A stretch of DNA of 64,000 nucleotides from an uncultured Candidatus Poseidoniales archaeon. GTDB taxonomy: Archaea; Thermoplasmatota; Poseidoniia; Poseidoniales; Thalassarchaeaceae. This document shows positions 1-8,604 of the stretch, in pieces (the stretch's first letter is position 1; every line of letters starts with the position of its first letter). The DNA lies in the NCBI GenBank assembly GCA_964647665.1, contig CAZYIX010000001.1, forward strand, positions 115,606 to 179,605, in the 5' to 3' direction. The notes below the pieces were generated by a model. That model was not told where the DNA came from, did not search any database, and was given only the letters and a program-made list of their open reading frames with translations. Both the position numbers and the translations under genes were made by a program.

Positions 1-33
1 GACCAGTGAGCGAAAGTGAGGTGGTGATTTCAG

Positions 34-375
34 TTGAGTGATACTGCGAGTTCTCCGCCCCGACTTACCGAGTTGGAGAGACGAGATACTGACCTCATCG
101 TGCGTTGGAACGATGATTCGGACCACATCATCACCTACGAGACTCTACGATATTGGTGTCCGTGTGCAAATTGCAAGCCGCGCCGAGAAACCGATGCGAG
201 GTGTGAGGCATTGCGTACCGAGGTTGGCAGCAGGCGCAATGAGAAGCCAAAGGCCGAACTTGTTGGTGACTATGGAATCAGATTCACTTTTGCCACCGGT
301 TGCAATTCTGGAATATACAGTACAGACCGTTTGCACGCGATTGCTACCGGAGACCCCGCTCCTGACTCGCTTTGA
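34..375 (+). CDS. DUF971-family small protein (gamma-butyrobetaine hydroxylase-like N-terminal domain), Cys-rich
   Basis: 113-aa ORF with WCPCANC motif and a size typical of DUF971/COG3536. Family assigned from memory of the motif; no search run. Confidence 0.5.
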   Translation: MSDTASSPPRLTELERRDTDLIVRWNDDSDHIITYETLRYWCPCANCKPRRETDARCEALRTEVGSRRNEKPKAELVGDYGIRFTFATGCNSGIYSTDRLHAIATGDPAPDSL

Positions 376-466
376 GCAAGCGAAGGGGTCATAGCGGGCA
401 GGCAGGTGTCGACAGCCGGCGAAGTTGCGGATAGGTACCGCTCCCGCGCCCGTCTGAGGTGACGAG

Positions 467-1903
467 ATGAGTGCAAATGATGCATCCAAGAAGAAACAGC
501 CGAAGGCTGACGACGAGGATGATTGGACCAAGTACGCTGATGCGAACTATGCGTCTGAGTACGACCCTTGGGCAGATATGGTCGAAGCCGACCCAGTTGA
601 TGATGAGGAGTTCGATGAGGATGATTTCGAGGAGTTCGATGAAGGTGAATCTCCCACTCATGACATTCCGCGCGCACCCGCCCCAAATGGGATAGCACAC
701 CTGGTGCAGATTGGAATCTGCAACCACTGCCTTGCGCGGGTCAGCGGAATGCGGCAGACCGAGTCTTCAATGGGAGAGAATGGTGCCTTATTCCGCACGA
801 ATGCTGAAACTCGCGACCCGGACCTCAGTGTCGATGAATCGGTGGATTGTTGTCCATTTTGTGAGGACCTTTTCGCTGATGTACCAATTATCGCTGACCG
901 GATTTGTGCTGCTCTCGCTGACGTCGAGTTCACCCGGGCGCAACTTGGCGCTCATTTTGCAAAGGACCATGTTCAAGCCGAGGAGGAACTCCGTACCCGC
1001 TTTGCTGCAACCGGTAGCCGACCACTGAAGGCCTCACTAGTTGGGGAGGTTCAGAAGGCAGTGCTCGAGAGAATGCCCGGAGTCAATTGGGTGAAGGAGA
1101 AGCCTGAGGTGATGGTGTTATTCGACACTCTGACACTTGGAGTCCGCGTCGATATTCGTGGCCTTTTCCTGTATGGACGCTATCTCAAACTATCCCGCGA
1201 GATTCCACAGACCCGTTGGCCTTGCCGTTCCTGCAGGGGCAGAGATGGTGGATGTGATGCCTGCGAGGGTACTGGAAGGCAGTATCAGCATACCATTCAG
1301 GACTTGGTCGGCGACCTGCTTACCGTGGAGTTTCAAGCGCTCGACAATTCCGTCCACGGCATGGGGCGCGAGGATATCGACGTGCGCTGTCTTGGCTCAG
1401 GTCGTCCTTTCGTTGTCGAGTTGAAATCTCCACGTCGTCGTTCTGCTGACCTCGATGCATTGGTTGAGAAGGTGAATGCTGCTGCTGATGGAATGATTGA
1501 GGTCACTGGACTTCGCCCTTCCAATAAGCCGGAGGTTGCCCGAATCAAGGAGACCAAGGCAGAGAAGTCCTACACCATCTGCTTCCAGACTGATGCAGAG
1601 TGTGGAGATGATGAGATTCGCTCCCGTATCGAGAGTTTGTCCGGCAAAGTTCTGGAGCAGCGCACACCGCAGCGTGTATCACATCGTAGAGCGGACAAGG
1701 TTCGCAGGCGCAAGGTAATCAGTATCGACGATATCGAAATTGATGGAGATGAAATTCGATTCCGTGTTCGCTGTGAATCTGGAACTTATGTCAAGGAACT
1801 CGTCCATTCTGACGAGGGCCGAACCACCCCGAGCGTAGCCGGATTATTGGAGGCTGAATGCGAAGTGATTCGGCTCGACGTCGAGGATATCCACGCTGAT
1901 TGA
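467..1903 (+). CDS. pus10: tRNA pseudouridine(54/55) synthase Pus10
   Basis: ATG start. Two Cys clusters (CNHC...CCPFC) of the Pus10 Zn-binding/THUMP region. RPxxKxS-REI...CRSCRGRDGGCDACEGTG segment and GREDIDVRCLGSGRPF catalytic-Asp motif typical of archaeal Pus10. An unusually acidic ~60-aa N-terminal extension is present. Confidence 0.8.
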   Translation: MSANDASKKKQPKADDEDDWTKYADANYASEYDPWADMVEADPVDDEEFDEDDFEEFDEGESPTHDIPRAPAPNGIAHLVQIGICNHCLARVSGMRQTESSMGENGALFRTNAETRDPDLSVDESVDCCPFCEDLFADVPIIADRICAALADVEFTRAQLGAHFAKDHVQAEEELRTRFAATGSRPLKASLVGEVQKAVLERMPGVNWVKEKPEVMVLFDTLTLGVRVDIRGLFLYGRYLKLSREIPQTRWPCRSCRGRDGGCDACEGTGRQYQHTIQDLVGDLLTVEFQALDNSVHGMGREDIDVRCLGSGRPFVVELKSPRRRSADLDALVEKVNAAADGMIEVTGLRPSNKPEVARIKETKAEKSYTICFQTDAECGDDEIRSRIESLSGKVLEQRTPQRVSHRRADKVRRRKVISIDDIEIDGDEIRFRVRCESGTYVKELVHSDEGRTTPSVAGLLEAECEVIRLDVEDIHAD

Positions 1904-2002
1904 GTGCAGTCCTCCGATTGTGCTTCTGCTTGAAGAAGGCGGTGCGCTTAATTAGGGGCGGCAGGTCGCCGCATTCCCCCATAGGGGGAAGTGAGGGATT
2001 CT

Positions 2003-2293
2003 ATGCGTCGAAGTCATGGCACACGTCAAGGTACACGCAAGATTCTCCGCCGTGCCAAGTCAGACCGGGGACGGCTGAACATCCGCCGCATCATGCATCC
2101 CTATGCAGAGGGTGACCGTGTTGGCATCGTCCTCGATGGCGGCCAGCAGAGGGGTATGCCCCACCGCCGATTCCATGGCCGCTCTGGTGTTGTGCAAGAA
2201 AAGCAGGGCAATGCCTACGTCATAGCTGTCAAGGATGGTAATATGAAGAAGACAGTCATTGCACGACCAGAACATCTGCGTCCACTAGAATGA
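2003..2293 (+). CDS. rpl21e: 50S ribosomal protein L21e
   Basis: MRRSHGTRQGTRKILRRAKSDRG...HPYAEGDRVGIVLDG matches the L21e signature. The track start is GTG at 1991; the in-frame ATG at 2003 is preferred. Confidence 0.85.
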   Translation: MRRSHGTRQGTRKILRRAKSDRGRLNIRRIMHPYAEGDRVGIVLDGGQQRGMPHRRFHGRSGVVQEKQGNAYVIAVKDGNMKKTVIARPEHLRPLE

Positions 2294-2302
2294 GGTGAAA
2301 AA

Positions 2303-2656
2303 ATGAGCGATAAAGAATACATTGACTATGCTGCTGTTCGTGATGCTCTAATGGATGCGCAGAAGCGCCGTGGATTCCTTTCCTACGAGCAGAAGATGGC
2401 TCTACAGCACGCTGAGTGGGCTGCTAGCGACCAACGTGGTGGCATCAAGACGGATTCCAAAGTTTACAAGAAACTATACAACAATTTGATGGAGATTGAC
2501 AAACTCGAGCCCCATCCAGATATTTGTTCAAAGATTGCTGAGGTAATGCCGATGGCGATGGAGGACCTCAGGGCGATTTTGGCCACAAAGCGCGTTGCGA
2601 TTGATGGAGATGAGTCCCAACTCATTCTCGACACTGTTCGCAAGCAGGTTTTGTGA
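2303..2656 (+). CDS. rpoF: DNA-directed RNA polymerase subunit F (Rpo4/RpoF-like)
   Basis: 117-aa protein immediately after L21e with GAGGTGA RBS and ATG. The L21e-RpoF-DUF655-KsgA order is a conserved archaeal gene string, and size and helical character fit RpoF. Assigned mainly on context. Confidence 0.55.
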   Translation: MSDKEYIDYAAVRDALMDAQKRRGFLSYEQKMALQHAEWAASDQRGGIKTDSKVYKKLYNNLMEIDKLEPHPDICSKIAEVMPMAMEDLRAILATKRVAIDGDESQLILDTVRKQVL

Positions 2657-2720
2657 AATCTAGATATTTTCTACAACCGTTCATCTCTTGAGGTACGACC
2701 TTTCTCGGTGGTTCGATAGC

Positions 2721-3284
2721 ATGCACTCAAGTCGTTCAGAAGACAGTGGGCCGAGCCGCCCTGACCCTATGGAAGGGGAGACCCACGCGTGGGTGCTCGA
2801 CCGTTCTTCTAGCGGCTCTGTTCTTGGCATCACAGAAACCGGCTTGTTTCTGGTTCGCCTACGCATTCCATCGGAGGGCATTTCACTTTCACCTGGTGAT
2901 AGAGTGAGTATTTCTGGTGATGATGCCGAGGTAATGGTACTCGGAATGACTCGGCATCGAGACCTTTCTGGCGGAGCGCAGGGAGAACTGACCGAGGTAA
3001 TCAGCAAGATTATCGTCGAAAATCCTGAGAAGACGCTGTCATTTTACAATAAAGCAAGTAATCTGACATTGAAGAAACATGCATTCACTCTGATGCCCCG
3101 AATTGGTGATTCTAAGGCGATGTCAATGGTGGAATTGCGTGGCCGTCAAGGATGGGAGACCCTCACGGAAATCGACGAATCCTGTGGCATCGAAGCTGTT
3201 AACCTAATGGCTGAACGACTCACATTAGAACTTGCAGACCGTCATATGACTCCACGTTTACTCGACCTGCTGTTCCGAGTCTGA
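2721..3284 (+). CDS. Conserved archaeal protein DUF655 (predicted OB-fold/HhH RNA-binding)
   Basis: ~187-aa ORF between rpoF and ksgA, the position occupied by DUF655/COG1491 in archaea. Track start is TTG 2688; I prefer ATG 2721. Assignment is contextual. Confidence 0.45.
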   Translation: MHSSRSEDSGPSRPDPMEGETHAWVLDRSSSGSVLGITETGLFLVRLRIPSEGISLSPGDRVSISGDDAEVMVLGMTRHRDLSGGAQGELTEVISKIIVENPEKTLSFYNKASNLTLKKHAFTLMPRIGDSKAMSMVELRGRQGWETLTEIDESCGIEAVNLMAERLTLELADRHMTPRLLDLLFRV

Positions 3285-3293
3285 GGTGAGGTG

Positions 3294-4181
3294 ATGAGCG
3301 AGCGCAATGCGCGCCTGCTTGTTGATTTAATGCTCGACCGCGCGCAGGCGGACAAAGGATTGGGCCAGCATTACCTGCTCGATGAGGAGGTGTTGGCTAC
3401 AGCGGTTAGCCTTGCACAAGTCGATGAGGATTCAACCGTTCTTGAGATTGGCTGTGGACCTGGGACTCTGACCAATCACCTTCTTCACGCGGGTGCGAAG
3501 GTTTGCGCGATTGAAATCGATGAGGTAGCACTGAAGCATATGGTATTGCAATTCTCAGATGAGTTGGATAGTGGCGCGCTGGCCCTTATCGAAGGAGATG
3601 CACTGCAAGTTGAATGGCCTGATGATGTGACTCACATCGTGGCAAACATCCCTTACCAGATTTCTTCTCCATTGTTGGAAAGGATTGCTCGTGAGATGCA
3701 GAGTGGCTGGCCGGCTGCTGACCTCTGTGAAATCGTATTGTTGGTGCAAGAGGAATTCGCCCAGCGCATGGCGATGGTTGGCGGTCCCGCAGACCGCGGC
3801 TCGCTCGGTCTCTCATTGTGGTTAGATTTTGAAATCGAGATGAGCAGCCGTGTCTCACCTTCATCATTCAGTCCGCAGCCGCGGGTGAATTCACGACTGG
3901 TACGGCTTACTCCGACTCCTAACGAGGCGGTTGCTGGTTTTGACCGCCGGTTATTCCGGCAAGTGGTTGCTCATTGTTTCCTTGAGCGACGCAAGAAGAT
4001 GCGCAACCGATTGAAGCAGCCGCCAAAGCGGCTGACTCGCATCAAGGGATGGCACCGAGAACGATGGACTCAGGCTACGGCTGCCGCCATTTCCGAGCAC
4101 GAGAATCTGGCTGAGAAGCGGCCTGAAGAATTGACCACTGCTGACTGGGTTACTCTTTGTAAGGCTCTAGAAGCAGTTTGA
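3294..4181 (+). CDS. rsmA: 16S rRNA (adenine1518/1519-N6)-dimethyltransferase KsgA/Dim1
   Basis: GQHYLLDEEVL...VLEIGCGPGTLT (SAM motif I) and NIPYQISSPLL motif IV typical of KsgA. GAGGTGAGGTG RBS precedes ATG 3294 (track GTG 3291). Confidence 0.85.
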   Translation: MSERNARLLVDLMLDRAQADKGLGQHYLLDEEVLATAVSLAQVDEDSTVLEIGCGPGTLTNHLLHAGAKVCAIEIDEVALKHMVLQFSDELDSGALALIEGDALQVEWPDDVTHIVANIPYQISSPLLERIAREMQSGWPAADLCEIVLLVQEEFAQRMAMVGGPADRGSLGLSLWLDFEIEMSSRVSPSSFSPQPRVNSRLVRLTPTPNEAVAGFDRRLFRQVVAHCFLERRKKMRNRLKQPPKRLTRIKGWHRERWTQATAAAISEHENLAEKRPEELTTADWVTLCKALEAV

Positions 4182-4352
4182 AGGCGTTTTTGACTTTCGA
4201 AGCGGATTTGAAGGCCCTTTCGACAACGAGTTGATAGGGAACCCCCCTTTCGGGTGGCTCGAGGGGAGAGCCGTCGCGGGTGCGTCGGCAGTATAGTTCC
4301 ATTAGTTGAAAAGGGTCAGCGTTTACTCTGTACTACAAATAGGTGAATTTTC

Positions 4353-5441
4353 ATGGCAAAGAAGGACACATATCTCGCACTACTTCGTCGTGGTGTCGAT
4401 GAGACTACCGCAATGACTCTGGCTGATGCCGGGCTGAAGATCGGTGAGATAAAGAAAATCAGCAAAGAACAGTTGGTCGCAAATTACGGACTCAAGGATG
4501 AGATTGCTCGTTCGGTTCTCGAAGTATTCACCACTGGTGCGACGACGACTGCCAAGGAGCGTTACCTGTCCAACGTGCTTTCGGGCACGAAGAAGATGGA
4601 CAAGATTGAGGAGCAGCGTTTCAAGCGCCAGCAGAAGGATATCCTCGCTGACCTCATCGAGCAGAAGGAACGCCTCAAGTTGGCGAAGGTCGAGCAGTTC
4701 CGCAGCCAGAAGGTTGTGATGAATCGGCTTGGCAAGACCATTGAATTGATTGTTAAACTTGAGAATAATTTCGATGATGAATCAAAAGAAGAGCAGCGAG
4801 CGAAGATTCGCGACCAGTTGGAGACCCGTGGTTTGGAGGCTGCTCGCGACCACGAATTGCTCGAGTTGGAAGGTACCCCGCAGGACATTGTGGACTTCCG
4901 TCGTAAACTGGTACCCGCGCTTTGCTTCCATTGCTGCCCCCAGTGCGGCGAGGAAATGGACCCACGCTCAGCCGTCAATCCCTCTGATGTCGAATCATTC
5001 TCCTATATTTGCTGGGATTGCGAAAACGATTTTGGTTCAGAGATGGCCAATGTTGTCGATACTCGAATGGGCGTCAAGAATAAGTGGATCAAGATTGACC
5101 CCAATCGCAAGCCGCGAGAGAAGGTCTTCCACCCGCCAAAGCGTGTGGAAGCAGCCTCGGTGTCTGACCTCATCAAGGCTGACTTGCAAGCCACAGGTGC
5201 CAACGCAGACACCATCGCAGCTGCAGTCGAGGAAAGCAACTTGACTAGCGGTTTGATGAGCATCAATGAGTGGATTGACCAGACGTTGGCTGCCAAAGGC
5301 TACATCCAAGCACAGGAGGACCGTGAGGACTTCATCATCGCAACCGGTGCCGGTGCTACCAAGTTCAATAAGTGGATGAAGAAGGCTGGACTGCACTTCA
5401 ACAAGCAGTCAGGACGCTGGACTCGTTGGGAAGATCGCTGA
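4353..5441 (+). CDS. Hypothetical protein: N-terminal helix-hairpin-helix-like segment, central coiled coil, C4 zinc ribbon
   Basis: 362-aa ORF with ATG. LADAGLKIGEIKKISKEQL HhH-like motif. Charged heptad-rich middle region. CFHCCPQCG...CWDCEN Cys4 cluster. Confidence 0.5.
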   Translation: MAKKDTYLALLRRGVDETTAMTLADAGLKIGEIKKISKEQLVANYGLKDEIARSVLEVFTTGATTTAKERYLSNVLSGTKKMDKIEEQRFKRQQKDILADLIEQKERLKLAKVEQFRSQKVVMNRLGKTIELIVKLENNFDDESKEEQRAKIRDQLETRGLEAARDHELLELEGTPQDIVDFRRKLVPALCFHCCPQCGEEMDPRSAVNPSDVESFSYICWDCENDFGSEMANVVDTRMGVKNKWIKIDPNRKPREKVFHPPKRVEAASVSDLIKADLQATGANADTIAAAVEESNLTSGLMSINEWIDQTLAAKGYIQAQEDREDFIIATGAGATKFNKWMKKAGLHFNKQSGRWTRWEDR

Positions 5442-5532
5442 TTCATCCTCGGCGATCGCCTGTGCATCGCCAACGCGGCGCTCAGAATCGAGTAGACCAT
5501 GAACAACCTCCTGTTCGCAACCTCCGGTACGC

Positions 5533-6585
5533 ATGAGCAATCGCGAATCTCACATAGATATGCTGAGGAGCATCGCTATACTGTTCATGGTCGAAGTTCA
5601 CGCTGCCGACATTATCACTCCAGCGAATGTAACTGCAACCGACCCGCTTGGCCTCATGGCAGCAGCCATCGGAGGTCTTGCTGCTCCGCTATTCATCACC
5701 ATCAGTGGTTGGGGTTCTCGTCGCGCGATGAGCAGACGAGCTGGGGCAGAGCGGCGGGAATTGATGAAATGGGTCGGTGTTCGCTTTGGTTTTCTAATGG
5801 TTGGCCAGTTGGTGGTCAATCTAATCGCCTCGTACGCATTCAATTGGTATACCCCCGGAATTCTGAGCCTACTCGCCATTTGTGCAGTACTGGCATTGCC
5901 GATGGCTCAGCTCAGTTTGCGAACCCTCACCGGGCTATTTGCAGTGCTGCTTCTAACCCCGTTTGCTTTGGCCTCCATGTCAGTGATTGATGGCAGTTGG
6001 GAGGCGGTAACTTCGGCTCAGACTGTGGCACAATGGTTTGGTTTGCTGTTTATTGATGGGACTTTTCCGTTGTTGCCTTGGCTGGCGTTCTTTGTACTGG
6101 GTGCTATCGTCCATGATGCGAAAAGTCAGGCTGTCAGGATGCTTTTGGTAGTTAGCGCGAGCATAACTGCTGGAGTTCTATTTGCTGCCTTGACGATGAA
6201 TCGGGTATGGGCACTGCCTAGTGGCGATGCGTTGCTGACATTTTTCCCGGCCAATTCGGCATTCCTGGTTGCTGCCACATGTGGAGTTTTGGCGGGCGTG
6301 CTGATACTGAAGAAGTGCGGAGAGCAGTTTTTTGCGCGACCGGCGGCTCAGAGTTTTCTGCTGATCGGTCGCATCTCGCTGACCATCTATTTGTTGCACT
6401 TCATCCCGCTGCGCATCGTTGCTGGGATGGAGATGGAGCCAGTGAGCGTCGGGGTTGCGATGGTTGCTGTGGTTGGCTATACCTTGCTGTGGTGGCCGCT
6501 GGCCATTGTTCACCATCGCTATGCTGCTGGGTTAAGTTTCGAGGAGTTGCTGAGTAGGCTTAGCAAGCCTGCCGATACAGAATGA
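5533..6585 (+). CDS. Polytopic membrane protein, DUF1624/HGSNAT-like (acyltransferase_3-related)
   Basis: 350 aa with ~9 hydrophobic helices. The N-terminus IDMLRSIAILFMVEVH resembles the DUF1624/heparan-alpha-glucosaminide N-acetyltransferase-like start. Confidence 0.5.
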   Translation: MSNRESHIDMLRSIAILFMVEVHAADIITPANVTATDPLGLMAAAIGGLAAPLFITISGWGSRRAMSRRAGAERRELMKWVGVRFGFLMVGQLVVNLIASYAFNWYTPGILSLLAICAVLALPMAQLSLRTLTGLFAVLLLTPFALASMSVIDGSWEAVTSAQTVAQWFGLLFIDGTFPLLPWLAFFVLGAIVHDAKSQAVRMLLVVSASITAGVLFAALTMNRVWALPSGDALLTFFPANSAFLVAATCGVLAGVLILKKCGEQFFARPAAQSFLLIGRISLTIYLLHFIPLRIVAGMEMEPVSVGVAMVAVVGYTLLWWPLAIVHHRYAAGLSFEELLSRLSKPADTE

Positions 6586-6696
6586 GGGCCTCAGTACAAC
6601 ACACTGGAAGACCGTAGACTCCTCCCCAACGCAGAGGGTACCGTCTGCTCTATTGACGCTGGATGGATTGAAGGACAATCGCCCTGTGGCAGGCTC

Positions 6697-6984
6697 ATGG
6701 CGGTGGTACGAATCTATCGCGGCTCCATGCTGCTCGGTGTAGTGGAAATCGAAGAAGGCGTACCAATACTCGAACTCGCAGAGGATGCCGACATCGAAAT
6801 TCCTCGCAGTTGTACATCAGGCAACTGCGGCACCTGCATGGCGCGACTTGTCAGTGGTTCAGTACCAATGCCCGACCCGCTGCCACCCGGCCTTGACGAC
6901 TATCTGGTCGAGCAAGGAGCCATCCTCACCTGCATCGGTGTGCCAGACGGAGATTGTGAAATCGACTTGATTGCTCCTTTGTGA
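6697..6984 (+). CDS. 2Fe-2S ferredoxin (plant-type)
   Basis: C-x4-C-x2-C...C pattern (SCTSGNCGTC ... LTC) in a 95-aa acidic protein. Confidence 0.7.
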   Translation: MAVVRIYRGSMLLGVVEIEEGVPILELAEDADIEIPRSCTSGNCGTCMARLVSGSVPMPDPLPPGLDDYLVEQGAILTCIGVPDGDCEIDLIAPL

Positions 6985-7172
6985 GTGTGCACTAGAATTG
7001 TCGGAGAGAGGTGGAAAAATGGATCCTGATTTGCTCAAGATAACCGCGTTCAATCTGGTCATCGTCGCCTTTGTCGCTTGGTGGCTAATCCGCCGAGTTC
7101 GCAGCAAGATTGCCGAGGTAGAGAAGCGTCAAGCAGCACAATGGAAGAAGGCGTTCTCAGAGGATGAGTAAC

Positions 7173-8177
7173 TCACAGTGAGCCGCCGCCAATCCATCCC
7201 TTGTATCGGAAGAATCCGATGATTCCAATCGAAGTCAATCCCATGATGAGAACGACCTCACCAAGATTGACCGGGCCGGTTCCAGAGCCGAACGCCTCGA
7301 TATTCATCCCGAAGATACTGGCGATAGCTGTGATTGGCAGCATCAGGGTGGCGATGATGGTTAGAGTACGCATGACGTCGTTGGTCTGCTTCTGACTTTC
7401 AGCAAGCCTCATCGTGCTTTGCGATAGGTAGGTGTCACGGGTGCTTGTAGCGCCCGAGTTGTAGTTGGCGATATTCTCTTTGAGATTGCCAATGACGTCT
7501 TGAACATCGTGCCAGTAAACCATGCAACCTTCGCTGGTGAATTCCGTATCAGGCCGCAGAATGTTGTTCACCACATCAGTGAGTGGAGTGACCGATTTGG
7601 ATATTTCACGCATATCCTGTTTGAGTTCGTGCAAATCCTGTAGCAGGTTGGGGTACTGTTTGTTCGGGTCAAACACTCTGTCCTCAAGCAGGTCAAGTCG
7701 CTGAGAGTAGCCAGAAAGAATACGATACCAATCATCAGCAATTGAGTCCAGCATCTCATACAGCAGGTACTCTGGGCCTAACTCAGTACGTTTTTGCACC
7801 TTCCTTGAGCCGAATCGCTTGGCGAAGTTGCGCATGGCTGGCATCTCAGCGTGACGTACCGTTATGAGGCGATTTTCGGTAACAAATGCACACATGAACT
7901 CGGTGTCCAAGTCTGAATCGGCATCACGTGCTCTCACCACCACAAATCGGTGACTCTCGTAGACGTATGCCTTGGTGACCGGTTCCTTGAAACAGTCCTC
8001 AACGGCCAGATGATGCAAGTCTTGTTGCATCAGCCAAGTGCGCTCTTCATCCCCCGGTCGCAGAATGTCAATCCAGGCTAATTGCTGATTGCCGACCAAC
8101 GTACCCAGTTCATCGAGTGAAACTGAGGAACCTACCTTGGCATTGTCGCCAGATAGACGCAGGGTGATGTTCGCCAT
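7173..8177 (-). CDS. corA: Magnesium/cobalt transporter CorA
   Basis: 334 aa with a C-terminal two-TM region containing the GMN signature (FGMNIE) and a cytoplasmic N-domain. ATG start. Confidence 0.85.
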   Translation of the reverse strand: MANITLRLSGDNAKVGSSVSLDELGTLVGNQQLAWIDILRPGDEERTWLMQQDLHHLAVEDCFKEPVTKAYVYESHRFVVVRARDADSDLDTEFMCAFVTENRLITVRHAEMPAMRNFAKRFGSRKVQKRTELGPEYLLYEMLDSIADDWYRILSGYSQRLDLLEDRVFDPNKQYPNLLQDLHELKQDMREISKSVTPLTDVVNNILRPDTEFTSEGCMVYWHDVQDVIGNLKENIANYNSGATSTRDTYLSQSTMRLAESQKQTNDVMRTLTIIATLMLPITAIASIFGMNIEAFGSGTGPVNLGEVVLIMGLTSIGIIGFFRYKGWIGGGSL

Positions 8178-8248
8178 GAATCGCCGGACTCAACGGGCCA
8201 TTCAAGCATTCCGCCGAGGAAAAGGCCCATAGGGCCTTCTATTTGCTT

Positions 8249-8545
8249 TCATTCGTTAATCACGTTGGTCCAGCGATGGGCATCGGGTACGTTGACTACC
8301 TCGATGTGAGCACCCTTGACAGCACGCTTGGCTAGCAGAGATGTGCGCAAGTCGGACAGGTCAATCAGGCAACACGGGCAGTGTGGCCTTGACGGGGTGA
8401 GGGTAAGCCGGATGTTTCCATTCACATCAGCCTCCATTCCTTGCATCCATCGTGAGTCCATGATGTGGCCTGCTCCATGCGGTTCATTCCAGTCTCGCAG
8501 AACCGAAACCGCCGCCTTCTGTGCCGCCTTCTGTGCTCTGCTCAT
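8249..8545 (-). CDS. DUF59/MIP18-family Fe-S cluster assembly protein (SufT-like)
   Basis: 98 aa. IMDSRWMQGMEADVNGNIRLTLTPSRPHCP resembles the DUF59 core (DLGLV...V.V.MTLT.PGCP). ATG start. Confidence 0.45.
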   Translation of the reverse strand: MSRAQKAAQKAAVSVLRDWNEPHGAGHIMDSRWMQGMEADVNGNIRLTLTPSRPHCPCCLIDLSDLRTSLLAKRAVKGAHIEVVNVPDAHRWTNVINE

Positions 8546-8604
8546 ACCTTAGACGAGGCGCAGGTCGTGGATTTCCCTTCCGGTCGCTCGACCGCCTAGC
8601 AAGG

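Noticed and set aside
145-727. Several overlapping minus-strand ORFs (145..531, 270..698, 389..727) at the window start
   Set aside because: They overlap the DUF971 and pus10 genes and each other in multiple frames. His/Arg/Pro-rich translations are characteristic of antisense frames.
4182-4352. 171-nt intergenic gap after ksgA as a possible small ncRNA (C/D-box or other)
   Set aside because: Only short imperfect hairpins and a tttgaaggc(g/c) mini-repeat are visible. No C/D or H/ACA box arrangement could be recognised by eye, so it is more likely a promoter/5'-UTR region for the downstream gene.
5499-5990. 163-aa plus-strand ORF overlapping the DUF1624 membrane-protein gene in another frame
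   Set aside because: His/Arg/Ser/Cys-rich translation without hydrophobic periodicity. The overlapping frame encodes a coherent multi-TM protein, so this is a frame artefact.
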